64,000 bases of DNA from Eledone cirrhosa (GCA_964016885.1 OZ024740.1:174034001-174098000); one strand, 5' to 3'. Positions 13,190 to 26,201 are shown, counted from the first letter of the stretch. Translations and numbers: made by a program. Notes: generated by a model not told the origin, from the sequence alone.

Positions 13190-14077
13190 TCACCAGTTGG
13201 CTTTAAAGAGAAGATCCCCTTTATCTACATTGTTTATATTTTCCCAAATTAATTTCGTTGGTTGATATTATTGGAATTATCTCTCATCTCTGTAGTCAGC
13301 ACCAGATAAAGTATTATATCACGCTGTGGAAAATACAGTCTACAGTCACAGTAACTTGTGAAAAGGTACGGTCTTACATGTGTAATATGAGAAGATAAAG
13401 TTCATAAAACCATATTATTCTACTCGATTGTAAATTGTTTGTGCCTGCTAAGAAAAGAACCCAAATAATAATTAGTGTGTAGTGAGTAGCAGACTTAAAA
13501 TGCATTGAACGTTGAGGTGAGTTCAAAATTTCGTTGTGTCGACATCACTTTCCATTCCTAGGTAAAACATGTGTCATTGATATAATTCAGCAGTAGAACC
13601 CTGAAGGTCCGTTGCTTGGTGGTTAGAATCGTAAGACCATAAGCAAAATAATTTATTTCACGTTGCCCCAGTTCCCAGTTTACTCACTTGCCAAAAATCC
13701 GTTGCAACCACCCTGGTGCCAAATTTTATCGGACTTTTCTTTGAACAAATATCGGTAGAGAGGGTAAAATGACACACATGGACGACTGATGGTCTTCTAT
13801 ATAAATCCCTTGCTCAGGAGAGGAACATTCCAGGTGCAAACCCATATTCAGTGATGACCGAAGGAGGCGAAACCATTATTACTGATAATATTTCGAGAAC
13901 AGTGTAATTTAAAGTCAAATCAACTTTCTGTTTTTCATCTCGCTACTGAAATTTATCTTTTATTCTTCCGGGAGCTATAAAATAAACTAACAGACAGGTA
14001 CTGGAGTCGATTTAGAAACTATCATTGTAAATTTTATATTGGCGTGTGGATAATAGAATATATATATATATATATAT

Positions 14078-17000
14078 TTTCTAGGGCGAGTAAAATTCCT
14101 GAGATCCATGGACGAGTTCTCTCCAGCGGTCTTTGTCCCTCATTATTGCTGCTATGTCCTGCGTCTCCAACAGACCAGTGTCTGTCCTTAGGGTATCAAC
14201 ATACGTTAACCTTGGTCTTCCTCTTCCAGTGTGTCCATGTAGGGGCTCTCACAGGAGCACTAAGTACAATGTCAACTCTGGATGTCGGTGAGCATGTCCA
14301 GCTAACCTCAGTCTTCTCTGTGTCACCTTTGAGCTGACTTTTGGGAGGCTCCCATACAGCTCTGAGTTTTTCATCCTCAGTGTATACTGATTAATGTTCA
14401 GAGCCATCCTCAGCATTCTCGTGTAGCACCCATCCACCATCTGAGTGAGTTTCTTGGTCAGTGTCCAAGTCTCAGACCCGTACAGCAGCACAGACTCCAC
14501 TACAGCAATGAAGAGGCGGATTTTCAGGTCTTTACGAAGGTCCGACTTCCACACATATCTCAAGCTGAGGCACACCGCCCAGGCTTTGCTCTTCCTCTCA
14601 ACCACATCATCTTCCGTATTCCCAATCTTTGCTCCCAAATACAGGAAGTCCTCAACCAATTCTAGCAGCTTCCCGCCTACATTAGTGATCCCCTCTGGCT
14701 TCTCAATATTCCCTACCAGATATTTTGTTTTAGTCTCATTCATTCTCAGCCCCACACTCATCGACACAGTCTCAGCCTTCTGCATCAAATCCTCTGCCTC
14801 CTTCAGTGTATTCGTCACCAAAACTATGTCGTCGGCAAATTCAGCATCTGATATCTTTTTCGCCTTAACTCTCCTGCTCTGAGCCGGTGCTACAGTAAAG
14901 CCAGAATCCTGGTGTTTCTCCAGTACAAGGCGCATACAATAGTCCACTACGATGATAAAAAGGTAGGGAGCCAATGTATCTCCCTGGAGCACTCCAGCCA
15001 GTATCTCAAAGAACTCTGTCATCCCATCAGGTGTAATTACTTGGGCTTTGGTGTTGGTGTAGAGCAGTGATATCAGGTCCACTATCTTCTTGGGGATTCC
15101 ATAAGCCTGTAAGATCTTCATCAGGCAGTGACGGTCCTCAGAATCAAAGGCCTTCCTATCGTCAATGAAAACCATGACCGCAGGAAGGCACTTTGCTTTA
15201 GCTCCCTCTAATATCCTCCTCAGCATCAGGATGTGACTGGTGGTTGATCTTCCCTCTCTGAAGCCGTTCTGGTTGTCCCTGAGCTTCTTCTCCATCTCAG
15301 GCTGGATCCTGTTAAGAATCATCCTGTTGAAGGTCTTTGCCACAAGTGACGTCAGTGAGCCCCCCCCCCTGTAGTTGTTGGTGTTAGAGAGATCTCCCTT
15401 CTTTGGCACTGGGACGATGTTACTGATCCTCCACTGATTCGGGGCAACTCCTTTCTCCAGTGCCTGGTTATAGAACCCCAGAATGATATCATCAAAATCA
15501 CACCTCTTCATCACCTCTGATGCCACTCCATCTTCTCCATGAGCCTTGCCCTCCTTGATCCTCTTTTTGGCTCTCTGAAGCTCTTCTCTGCTGAAGGGTT
15601 CTGTCACAATATCCAGTTCTTTAAACAGCCACCTGATCTCCCCAGTGCTCTGGGCTGTGGAGAGTGGCTCTCCTAGTAGGGTCCTAAAATGGTCTAGCCA
15701 TTTCCTCTTCCTATCCTCGGGCCCTGTTCCCTGGATCTGACTCGAACACCTTCTCTTCCTCCCTGTGATCTCGTTGATGATCATCCAGCTCTCCTTACAT
15801 CCAGATCTGTCAACCGTTCTCTCCACACTTCTGATCTTCTCTATCAGTGCCTTCTCTCTGGCCTCAGTGTAAGCGGTACAGAGTTCTTTCCTGCCCACCT
15901 CCACAGTCTCAATCCTCTCCTCCGTAGGATCAGCATTGAATTGGTTCTTGGCAGCTTTCAGGTGTTCTCTGGCTGCACACACTTTTGGATCTGCAGAGCT
16001 GACGTGCTTCCTTTTGTTCCTTTTCCTCGGCACCAGGGTCTCACTTGCTTCCGCTACCGCATTTGTGAAGTGCCCGTACCTCCTCGTCACACTCTCCTCA
16101 GTCCATCCAATCTCTCTCTCCTCTGTCTCTCCACACAGAGCACTGAACCTGTTCCTCACTTCCACAGTGAACCTCTCCTGTAGCTTATCATCTTCCTTGA
16201 TGGTCTCCGGGGCTGAGCCTTGCTCTTTCTTAAGCTCACCCGGACCTCACTCATAACAAGCCGGTGGTCACTACCCAGTGTACTGAAATTGTTGTATGGT
16301 TCTGTGTTCAGAACACTATTCAGCCACTTTTTCCTCACCAGAATGAAATCAATCTGGGACTTGGACAGGTGCATATCTGAGATGTAGGTCCACATCTTAC
16401 CCGGATTCTTCCTAAACCTTAGGTTGGTCGCTATCAAGTTCGCCTCCAGCAGGGTGTCTCTCAGTAGTCTTCCTTTTCGGTTGGTGTTGTTATGGAAGTA
16501 CCAGCAAGGATCTTCACTGCCCTGGTTACTCAGATGTGCATTGAAGGCCCCCAAAACAAGCAGGATGTTGTGTGCTCGTGTGGTGTTGACAGCTCCACAC
16601 ACCTCCTCGTGGAATTCTTCCGCACTCACATCACTGTCTCCCTCGGTTGGACTATAGTCTTGGGTTTCCATTGAAGGTCACCCTCAACACTCGCGGGGAG
16701 ACAGGTATTATTTCCCTCACCAGCAGACTGGTTTTTGTGCTGAAAACAAAACCCACTCCTCCCACTGCAGCATTGGTCATGTTCCTCACTGCCGATGTGG
16801 TGATGAGATGGCTCATCTTCCCAATCATCACACTCCTCACGGGCTCATCGTGTAGGATCCTGTGTTCTTGGATCGCAAGTATGTGTATACCACTCTCCTC
16901 GAACATATGCCACAACTCCTCTCTCTTCTCCAGCGTCCGAATAGTCCTCACATTCAAAGTTCTCATTTTGATGGCTCTTCTGCAGGACAAACTGCATTCT

Positions 17001-17360
17001 TTATATTTGTCTCAGAGACAGCTGATCCATCATCCACTGGCCCTCTCTGTGGCTCTAAGCCAGCAGAGTCATAACGACCAGGCTGCTCCTTGACAGTGTA
17101 ATTAGGGGCTCTAACCCTAGTGCCGTTAGATCGACTCTCCATATTTCTTTTCAATGGGTGACAATACCTTACCGGCGCCACTCGAATAAGGTAGTTATTT
17201 AACCCATAAATGGGACTCTAACAGGTACTACTACTCCGGGCCAGAGCAGACCTGGGAGTTATGACAACTAAGGAGTAACTCCACATTCCCCACAGCTCCT
17301 GAACTCCCCCGAACTGGAGCCTTGTCACTGGATGTAGTTTAATGTCATACACAGGACACT
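14078..17360 (-). mobile_element. RTE-clade LINE, near full length, between (TA)n tracts
   Basis: APE (TLNVRT, AIQEHR, SQIDFIL, SDH) then RT (KGDL..NYRG, QNGFR, GVLQGDTLAPYLF, FADD); no ORF1. Confidence 0.92.
14249..16990 (-). pseudogene. APE-RT polyprotein of the RTE element, frameshifted
   Basis: ORFs 16652-16990, 16156-16671 and 14249-16165 are consecutive pieces of one protein. Confidence 0.9.
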
Positions 17361-17390
17361 ATATATATATATATATATATACATATATAT

Positions 17391-17575
17391 AGTGGAGGAT
17401 GTTAGATGGTCGGTCGTCCTCGGGTCTATGATTTTCAGCCCCATGAATTTTATCTATTCCATTCATTTATTATATTTCGAATACCTGATATCACCGGATT
17501 CATACGGAACCCGGTTATTGAAATGATCATAGTATAATAAACCTTTCAAGTCTAGCCTCCTGTTATTTTATTATA
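17391..17575 (+). mobile_element. TA-flanked HHR element, core-deleted copy of the 28197-28600 family
   Basis: 17481-17535 aligns to 28489-28546 but reads ctgat-atc (3 nt lost from the CUGAUGA region). Confidence 0.75.
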
Positions 17576-17859
17576 TTATATTATATATATATATATTTAT
17601 ACATGTGTGTGTGTGTATGTATAAAGAGATAGATATATAAGCATATATACACACCTATAATAATGTTGTACACGGAAAAAAATCGAAACACGTACGACGA
17701 ACTAACAAAAGTATACTTCTTCCTACTATGATTCTGTACATAAAAAAATATAAATATAGCAACACTCTATTCCAAGCCGGATATAGCATATAGCTGAAAT
17801 GGTCAATAAAATTCGTGTGTATGAAAAATTTAAGATGAATTTAATGTAAGTATAGTTAG

Positions 17860-18112
17860 TGGACCGGGAGACTGAAATTCACTAACAATTCGAAACCTAG
17901 GAAGTTAAGCTTGCAACCAAACAACCAAAGAAAGGAAAAGAGTCTGGACCTGACAATATCACCATCGATCTCATTGAGGCAGCAGAACTTATCTACAAGA
18001 AACTTGCCAGCCTTATAATGAATGTCATAGGCAAAGCAAAGTTCCGGACAAATGGAATGAAACAATCATCATACTTCATACAAAAAAAGGAGACCCAAAG
18101 AACATCTCCAAT
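17860..18112 (+). mobile_element. Degenerate LINE RT fragment
   Basis: KESGPDNITIDLI and KKGDPK-like pieces. Confidence 0.5.
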
Positions 18113-18119
18113 TCTTCTT

Positions 18120-18150
<31 letters not shown>

Positions 18151-18159
18151 TTATTATTA

Positions 18160-19350
18160 TTCCTGAGAGGGGCAGAGTCCTCAAACACTCCAAATGATCC
18201 GGCTCAATCTTCAAGAGAGACCAGTCAAGCTCATGGATTTTATCCAACCACCTTACTTAGGGTCTACCCCTGGGTCTTCTGCCGGCTGGCTTTATTCTTC
18301 CCGATTCTTCCCTGAGACATTCTAACCACATGCCCATAGTATCGGAGCTGTGATCTGTCAATTCGGAGAAGTAGCGGCTCTACCTGGAGTGGCTCTTTCA
18401 TCTCCGAGCTATACACTCTATGGAGTATCGTTAAACCAAAGACCCTTCGGAGGGACCCCATTTCAGCTGCTTGTATTCGCGATCATATTCTTTCGGCCAT
18501 TACCCAAGAATCATGACCATAGGTAAGGGTTTGCACGAAAACCAAATTGAAGATAACGAGTTTGACTTTTATACCTATCTCCCTTCTGATTACCGAATGC
18601 TGAAGCTGGCACATTACTGCACCAGCTCCTGCAATTCTTACACTTAATTCAGCCTCCTATCTTCTATAACTCATGAACACGGCTCCGAGATACTTGAACT
18701 TCTCTACCTACTTCAGTGGAAGTCCATTCACATGTTGAGTGCACTGCGCAGAAGGCTTTCTTGAGAGGACGAGTGTCTTAGTCTTCGCAGCACTGATTTT
18801 CATTCCAGCTATGCCGCACTCGGCATCAAACCTATCAAGTACAAGTCAGAGATCAACTTCTATCGAGTTAAGTAACACTATGTCGTCAGCAAATTTCAGC
18901 AGAGTCCGATTCCCATATTGAATGGTTTCGACTTAACACCATTTATCCGAAGACAAATACTTGGAAATTCCTATAGAACATCAGGCCAGCAAGAAGCTGA
19001 CCACCGATCCCATACTCCTGAATAACCTTCCACAGCAGGTCATGAAGAACGTGATCATATGCCTTTTCAAGGTCGACAAAACTAGAATATACCCCTTGGC
19101 AATAATGCGATGATTTCTCGAAGACCTGCTGCAGTGTAAATATTTGGTCGTCTGTGCTGCGTCCGGGGCGAAAACTGCAAACTCGACAAACCCCCTGCAT
19201 CTCTTTGTCAGATACTTAGTATAGACTTTACCGGGGCGGCTTAAGAAGGAAATCCGTCTGTAATTGGAACAATCTCTTTTGTCTCCCTTTTTGAAAATTA
19301 AGATTATCACCCCCAATTGCCATTGCTTAGGTGCCTTTTCAGAGACTGAA
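18160..19350 (-). mobile_element. Decayed RTE LINE 3' part
   Basis: IFKKGDKRDCSNYRRIS, FRPGRSTDDQIFTL, FVDLEKAYD, FADD, QLRYYGHVVRM. Confidence 0.85.
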
Positions 19351-19859
19351 CATGATGAGATAGTTTTTAAATTAGAAGCACTCGCTGGGAAAAGAATGAC
19401 GTGTAAACGCTTTCAATAATTTCTCCTTACACAAAAACCCCATAAGAGATGACATTTATGTATTTCGGGGATTCTCACTCCACATCAGAGTATAAATGCC
19501 CTTATGGTTCTCTGTAGAGTAATATTAATACAGTATATAAGGAAGATATATAATAAAGCTGAAATGGTCAATCTAATTTGCATGGTGTGCATATGTTTGG
19601 CGATGTAATTGATTAAGGAATACATATTTCTGCTAGTACACAGCAAATATTAGATTTAAGATAATTTTAATGTCACTATAATTAGTTTTTGAATTAGAAG
19701 CCTTTCGTCTAACGTTCAAACGATTTTGTCAATTCACCGCCCAAAGTTTTCTTTTGACGAGACACGAAATGAATAAATCCACAAGATTATACCCCCCCCC
19801 TCCCAATACAAAACAAAACAATATAAGAAGCAAAGCAAATATCTAGACGATGGCAATAA

Positions 19860-20495
19860 AACTTACAACAACAATAGCTGCAGCAGCAACAGAAACAGCA
19901 ACAAGCATAACAACATCAACAGTAGCAACAACAACAATATTGATTAAAACAAGAAAAATAAATTTAACTTGAACAGCTTCACAAATAAAACCAAATAACA
20001 AAAAAAGGAAAACAAACCAATAAAAATAGCTGCGACAACAACAACAAAGACATTTCTAGAAGCCAATACATGGTAAAATAATAGCTTAATAAACAAACAA
20101 GAAAACACAAAACAACCTTGTCTACAACATAAAGAACAGCCGTTTAGCAACAGCTCTCTGTTACATACGATGTTGGCTAAAAACATCAATGCGCCATTAA
20201 TTTAATAGTAGTAGTGGTAATAGTAGTAGTAGTAGTAGTAGTGGTAATAGTAGTAGTAGTAGTAATAGTAGTAGTAGCAGCAGTAGTAATAGTAGTAGTA
20301 GCAGCAGTAGTAGTAACAGTAGCAGCAGCAGTAGTAGTAGTAGTAGTTGTTGTTGTAGTAGTAGTCGAAGCAGGAGCAGCAGCAGCAGCAGTAGTGTGGT
20401 GGGGGTAGTATTAGTATTAGTATTAGTAATAGTAGGTAACATCAGCACAAGAATTGTAACGAACGATAACATCAACAATGACAACAATAACAAAA
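19860..20495. repeat. Compound trinucleotide microsatellites (CAA/TAG/CAG)
   Basis: Directly visible; explains the poly-L and poly-V ORFs. Confidence 0.9.
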
Positions 20496-20817
20496 ACAGA
20501 AATATCAGCTGAAAAAAATATAAAACAATCGAAAGATCAACGTTGACGCGAATTTCAAGGTCGACAAAGCGAATCGAAAAGGGAGGTAATTGTGACAGAC
20601 GAACAGTTTTTAAAATCCCTGCTTTCCAACTTTTCTATTGAGCGTTTTTGAAACGAAGAAGAAAGCGGTACTAGATGCTTAGATATACATTTATATACGG
20701 AACTGGTATTATATATAAAGTGATTGTAGTGCTGTTTATGCTATCAGCATTGATGCAGCTTCAGTATTTAGGGATCGCCTTTGTCGAGAATTGCTAAACA
20801 TGCCTACAGCATATATA

Positions 20818-20994
20818 CCGTATTTCCCGGCGCCGAAGACGCTTCGTCTCTCGAGGACGCACCCTAATTTTGACAACCCAAAATTTGAAAAAAAAACAAA
20901 AAAAAAACAACAACCTTCGGTTTCCAGGACGCATGGTAGATTTTTGAGACTTATTTTACGAAAAAAGTGGCGTCTTCGACGCTGGGAAATGCCA
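20818..20994. mobile_element. Tigger-like MITE
   Basis: ccgtatttcccggcgccgaagacgc ... gcgtcttcgacgctgggaaat inverted ends, TA flanks. Confidence 0.7.
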
Positions 20995-21004
20995 TATATA
21001 TATA

Positions 21005-21608
21005 TCACTACCATTGTTACTGTCGCACTATTTTTCGCCATGGAACTTGGAGACCGGAGCCAAATGCTACCATTCTATTTTACAGCGATTGGAGACAGAT
21101 TTTCTCTTATAACCGATTTTTTTCACTCACTTGTGTTTGAGATACGTTGGAGAGTGCTTATGGCGGGAGCGGAACAATTTGAATTTCGTCTCCTACCGTC
21201 ACGTAAATTTCTGGACTGGTAGCCAATCGGTTGACGGCATTATGTTGACGCGTAGGGATTTCAGTTTCTAATGTACTACTGTGTTGCCTGTCACATTGAC
21301 TGTCATTGACGACACAGATTGGAATCGAATTCTGTTGATCGATTAGTTATTGATTAGGCGAAACTAGGTGATGAAGCCACATGCGCCGATTGTGCATTGT
21401 TGCATAATAAATGCAGAGAATGGATGCTGTGCACTCTATTGCTGTATTAAGTGTGGCTGAAACTCGAGTACGGGTATAGATTTGAAGTACCCATTTACGT
21501 GTGTTGCATTGAAGCAAATAACTCTGTGTCTAATCTGGGATTTTACATAACACCACCTATTGAGGTCGCTGAGATACAACCGGTACTAGCAGGGAAACTC
21601 ATGCTAGT
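21005..21608 (+). mobile_element. Possible non-autonomous Helitron-like element
   Basis: Starts A|TC after a TA tract and ends CTAG|T with a short terminal hairpin (actagca/tgctagt); no coding support. Confidence 0.3.
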
Positions 21609-21618
21609 CCCGTCATCT

Positions 21619-21660
<42 letters not shown>

Positions 21661-21765
21661 TATTATTATTATTATTATTATGATAAACAGTATATTATAT
21701 AAACAGTATATGGAAGGAATATATTAGGTTAACGCTTGAAATAGCAAAATAGCAAAATAGCAGGA

Positions 21766-21995
21766 AGAAATTAGAAATTATAAGCTTTCACCGTATTTTA
21801 GACTAAAGAAATTTCTAGCCTGATAGTGGGGTTTATAACCCTCGGAGAAATGGAAAAAGATGAGTGTTGCCGTACATGGGAGCATGTACGGCAACACTCA
21901 TCTTTTTCCATTTCTCCGAGGGTTATAAACCCCACTATCAGGCTAGAAATTTCTTTAGTCTAAAATACGGTGAAAGCTTATAATTTCTAATTTCT
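21766..21995. repeat. Perfect fold-back palindrome, 113-bp arms, 4-nt loop GGAG
   Basis: 21766-21878 is the reverse complement of 21883-21995. Confidence 0.95.
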
Positions 21996-22056
21996 AATTT
22001 TCAAACTCGCGCACCGTTTCAAAAACATACTTACATGTTTACATTTATAATTTGCT

Positions 22057-22144
<88 letters not shown>

Positions 22145-22145
<1 letters not shown>

Positions 22146-23002
22146 GAGGTGGGTCAGAAAAGTTCCAGGACTGATGTCACAAAAGATTTATTTCAAACCC
22201 AAACTTCACTCTAAGAGTTTTCGCCTTCAAAGTAATCTCCCTGGAGTCTAATGCACTTTTACATCCTTTTCTGCCACGCTTGCATGCACTCCTGGAAGGA
22301 TTCTTCCGGGATCCTCCGCAGTTCCGTCGTCACGGCCTTTTTGATGTCGTCCACGTCTTCAAAACGGGTCTCCTGCGTGTCGTACTCGAAGATCCATGAC
22401 TCATCACCGGCGATGACTGTCCCTAGCAAGTCTGGTCCGGTTTCAAGACGCTCGAGGATGTCCTGGCACACTTGCATGCGTCGACCCTTCAGGTCATCGT
22501 TCAGTAGTTTTGGCACCATCTTCGCGCAGACTTTCCGCATGTCCAAATCTTCGGTAAGAATCTTCCAGACGCTGTCCCGATTCATGCCCAGCTCATTTGC
22601 CATCAGTCGAACAGTCAACCGACGATCGCTACGCACCATCTGCCTGACGCACTCAACATTGACCTCAGCCCTGGTTGTTGAGGGCCTTCCGCTCCTGGGG
22701 TCATCTTCCACGTCTTTGCGTCCTTCTTTAAACCTCTTGCACCACTCAAAAACACGTGAGCGTGACATCGTCTCATCTCCATACACTTGCTGCAGCAATC
22801 CCAGTGCTTCTGACGGAGTTTTCAAGTTTGTTCGTTGCTCTGTGCTCATTGCTTGACGACCTGAAACAGAGGACATGTATATAAAATTATGAAGAAAAAA
22901 GTTTGATCGCTTCAGAGAGCTAAGATTATTGTTACATACTCCAGGGGGATTACTTTGAAGGAGGAAACTCTCAGTATGAAGTTTGAGTTTGAAATAAATC
23001 TT
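22145..23002 (-). mobile_element. Internally deleted mariner transposon
   Basis: Transposase motifs VFEWCKRFKEGR, DDPRSGRP, KMVPKLL, GDESWIFEYD and terminal GDYFEG; TIR cgaggtgggtcagaaaagttcc; most of the catalytic domain is missing. Confidence 0.9.
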
Positions 23003-24889
23003 GAAAAAAAGACTGAACCATTCCTCCCAAGAACTCCGAGGATAAATCTCAAGGATCACAAAAACAATTTTCGCACTGAACTACCTGTTAGATTAATCGC
23101 CCCCTCTAAATCTGATCTGGGGGTTGTTAGTAAAGCCATCTTGGATAGAATTATCCCACAGGTTAGTTCTAATTGCTCTTCTTTGAACCTAAATTTATGG
23201 TTTGGTACTTCTGAAGTGATTGGCTGGTTCAACAAATTGGATAATAAAAAGAAACTAAAATTTATTCAATTTGATATTGCCAGCTACTATTCCTCCATTT
23301 CGCCTTCACTTCTCAACAATGCTCTATCTTTCGCACTTAAATATTCTGACATCACCACAGATGAACTTCACATCATCCTCACCGCACGTAAAACCATCCT
23401 AGAGTTCAACAACGAATATTGGACCAGAGCCGATACCTCTAACAACTTCGACATCACAATGGGAGCATCCGATTCATCCCAATTGACTGATTTAATTGGT
23501 ATCTTTATTTTGAACTCTTTGAGTCGGAAAATTCCTCAACTTCGCGGTGGAATTTATCGTGACGATGGACTCTTTACTATCTTAAATTGCAATATAGTTA
23601 ACCTTAATATTATTAAGAACAATATACGTAATCTCTTTAACCAACATAACCTAAAAATTGAATTTGATAATAGTATCAAACTAGCTAATTTCTTGGATGT
23701 ATCTCTTAATCTTGACACTGGCCTATATTACCCTTACCATAAAAACAATGAGAACCTAAATTATGTTAACTTTAAATCTAACCATCCTACCAATATCAAG
23801 AATGCTATAGTTAGTAATATTGGAAAAAGAATATCTAACATATCTTCTAATAAAAACATCTTTGATGCTAACGCCAATTACTATAATAACGCACTTTCTA
23901 AAGCCGGCTATCCAGATAAAATCAAATATAGTAAAGAAACAAATTCTAGAAAAACTTACAGTAGAATAATTAATCATGATCATTCCAATAATTTTAATAA
24001 AAGACCTAGATACAAAAACATAATCTGGTATAATGCTCCTTTCTCCATCTCTATTAATAACAATATTCCTAAATTATTTTTTAGTGCCTTAAATAAATGC
24101 TTCCCTCCCTCACATATCTATAGTAAAATATTTAACAAACACACCATCAAATTTTCTTATTCTACATCCTCCAATATTTCCAACATCATCTCTAAACACA
24201 ACAATAAAATACTAAATACTAAATCGCTTCCTTCCAACATTGAATTTCATAATAACAGTAATAGTACTCCCGACGTCATTGTAAACCCTAGGCTAACTTC
24301 TGTAAACCCAAATACAACGTCAAACACAACTTCGCTAAATGTTCATAATCCAACTCTAAATCAAGAAACTATTATTCCTATTATTCCTATCGCAAACAAC
24401 TTCTCCAATTCAATTCCTTCTATAGATAACACTAGGTCACTCATTAATAATCTCTCTAATTGCAACTGCCGCATTAAAAATAAATGTCCTCTCAACAACC
24501 ATTGTCTTGATAAAAACTTAATTTATGAATGTAAAGTTATAACTAGCACCAATTCCTTCACCTATTTTGGCTCCACTTCCACCTCTTTTAAAGCTCGTCT
24601 CTATAATCACCATTCATCTTTCAAATACAAACTTAAAAGAACCAACACGGCTCTCTCAGAACTCATATGGTCCTTGAAAGACAAAAACATTAAATATACC
24701 ATCTTTTGGAAGAAGGTTTCTTCTGCATCCTCATACTTGAACAGCTCTCTATCTAAAATCTGTAATCTCTGCCTAAATGAAAAATTTACCATTATCTCTA
24801 ATCTAGATTCTATAATAAATAGACGTACAGATTTGTTTTCTATCTGCCTGCATAAATTCCATAGGACTTTTCACAAAGTATACAGTTAA
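22955..24889 (+). CDS. PLE reverse transcriptase + C-terminal GIY-YIG (5'-truncated; first ~16 codons are mariner-derived)
   Basis: LKDHKNNF, QFDIASYYSSI, FDITMGA, IYRDDGL, FLDVSL, CNCRIKNKCPL, LIY..YFG, CNLCLNEK; uninterrupted frame. Confidence 0.9.
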   Translation: MKEETLSMKFEFEINLEKKTEPFLPRTPRINLKDHKNNFRTELPVRLIAPSKSDLGVVSKAILDRIIPQVSSNCSSLNLNLWFGTSEVIGWFNKLDNKKKLKFIQFDIASYYSSISPSLLNNALSFALKYSDITTDELHIILTARKTILEFNNEYWTRADTSNNFDITMGASDSSQLTDLIGIFILNSLSRKIPQLRGGIYRDDGLFTILNCNIVNLNIIKNNIRNLFNQHNLKIEFDNSIKLANFLDVSLNLDTGLYYPYHKNNENLNYVNFKSNHPTNIKNAIVSNIGKRISNISSNKNIFDANANYYNNALSKAGYPDKIKYSKETNSRKTYSRIINHDHSNNFNKRPRYKNIIWYNAPFSISINNNIPKLFFSALNKCFPPSHIYSKIFNKHTIKFSYSTSSNISNIISKHNNKILNTKSLPSNIEFHNNSNSTPDVIVNPRLTSVNPNTTSNTTSLNVHNPTLNQETIIPIIPIANNFSNSIPSIDNTRSLINNLSNCNCRIKNKCPLNNHCLDKNLIYECKVITSTNSFTYFGSTSTSFKARLYNHHSSFKYKLKRTNTALSELIWSLKDKNIKYTIFWKKVSSASSYLNSSLSKICNLCLNEKFTIISNLDSIINRRTDLFSICLHKFHRTFHKVYS

Positions 24890-25189
24890 TATTCAATTCT
24901 TTATCAATTTAGAATCTTTTCTCAAAGGCACATATACATACACCTCTTTAAAATATACCCATCTTCCTACCTTACTTCAAAGGGCATTATACACTCTATA
25001 ATACTTGTTTACTCATTACCCTCTTTCTATCTTCACCTTGTAAAATCCTTCATAACATATACATTTGTTTTTTTGACGTTAGAATATTCATCCGCAATTA
25101 TTATTATTTTTTCTCTCTATCATAAAACTTTTTAATCTCAATTTTATCCTTAATTTATTATTTTTTTCTCCCCATCAACGAACTCATTC

Positions 25190-25960
25190 TTAATACATAT
25201 TAACTCTTTCTTCGCACATATTATCAACTCCTTCAATATACAAACCGTAACTTCACATTATTTTTCTCAAATCATCTAATACACAAACCTTAATAATTTG
25301 TTAATACATATTAACTCTTTCTTCGCACATATTATCAATTCCTTCAATATACAAACTTTAACTTCACATTATTTTTCTCAAACCCTTCTACACACAAACC
25401 TTAATAATTTTTTCTCTTCGTTAATTTTGAAATTGCCACAATACTTATCAACATACACCTTTTTGACGTTAGAATATTCATCCACAATTATTATTTTTTC
25501 TCTCTATCTTCATACATAAACTCCCTCTCTTTCCTCGTAAATATTTTTCCCTTCGTTAATTTTCAAATTCTTTTAATTTATACATTATCTTCCAACGGTT
25601 CTCAACCTCTCTATGTAAAACAATATATCTTTTCTCAGTTATAAAAACTATCTCTTTCTCTCTATCACCCATCTCTCCCTCTCCACCTTCACTCTCATCT
25701 CCTCCCCCTTTTTTCATCCTTTCCACCCCCCTCCCTAAATAAAATATTTTTTCCTCGTACATATCTTTCCCTTCGTTAATTTTCAAATTCTTTTAATTTA
25801 TACATTATCTTCCAACGGTTTTCAACCTCTCTATGTAAAACAATATATCTTCTCTCAGTTATAAAAACTATCTCTTTCTCTCTATCACCCATCTCTCCCT
25901 CTCATCTCCTCCCCTTTTTCATCCTTTCCACCCCCACTCTCTAAATAAAATATTTTTCCC
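25190..25960 (+). repeat. Tandem duplications in PLE 3' UTR (~111-bp and ~220-bp periods)
   Basis: ttaatacatattaactctttcttcgcac at ~25190 and 25301; cccttcgttaattttcaaattc at ~25549 and 25769. Confidence 0.85.
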
Positions 25961-26053
25961 AATATCCACATCAATCTAAAACCACTTTTCATATGTTGAT
26001 TTAAAACTGCACTATCCACAAGTGTTTTTTAGCCTTCATATCATGTTCTCCTG

Positions 26054-26120
26054 TTTTATCTGATGAAAACACAAATATTATTGCATGATGATGTTTGTTT
26101 TTGAAATGCGCATAATAAAA
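26054..26120 (+). ncRNA. Type I hammerhead ribozyme
   Basis: UUUUAU-CUGAUGA-stem II (ACAAAUAU/AUGUUUGU)-GAAA-UGCGCA-UA-AUAAAA; predicted cleavage after 26114. Confidence 0.85.
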
Positions 26121-26152
26121 TACATGGAACTCCTTTAACCATCTTTTGATCT

Positions 26153-26201
<49 letters not shown>

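Larger units (their letters stand above)
23003..26156 (+). mobile_element. Penelope-like element (possibly Hydra clade) with long 3' UTR and terminal HHR
   Basis: ORF above; pyrimidine-rich UTR with tandem duplications; HHR ~40 nt before a (TA)n tract. Clade is inferred. Confidence 0.85.
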
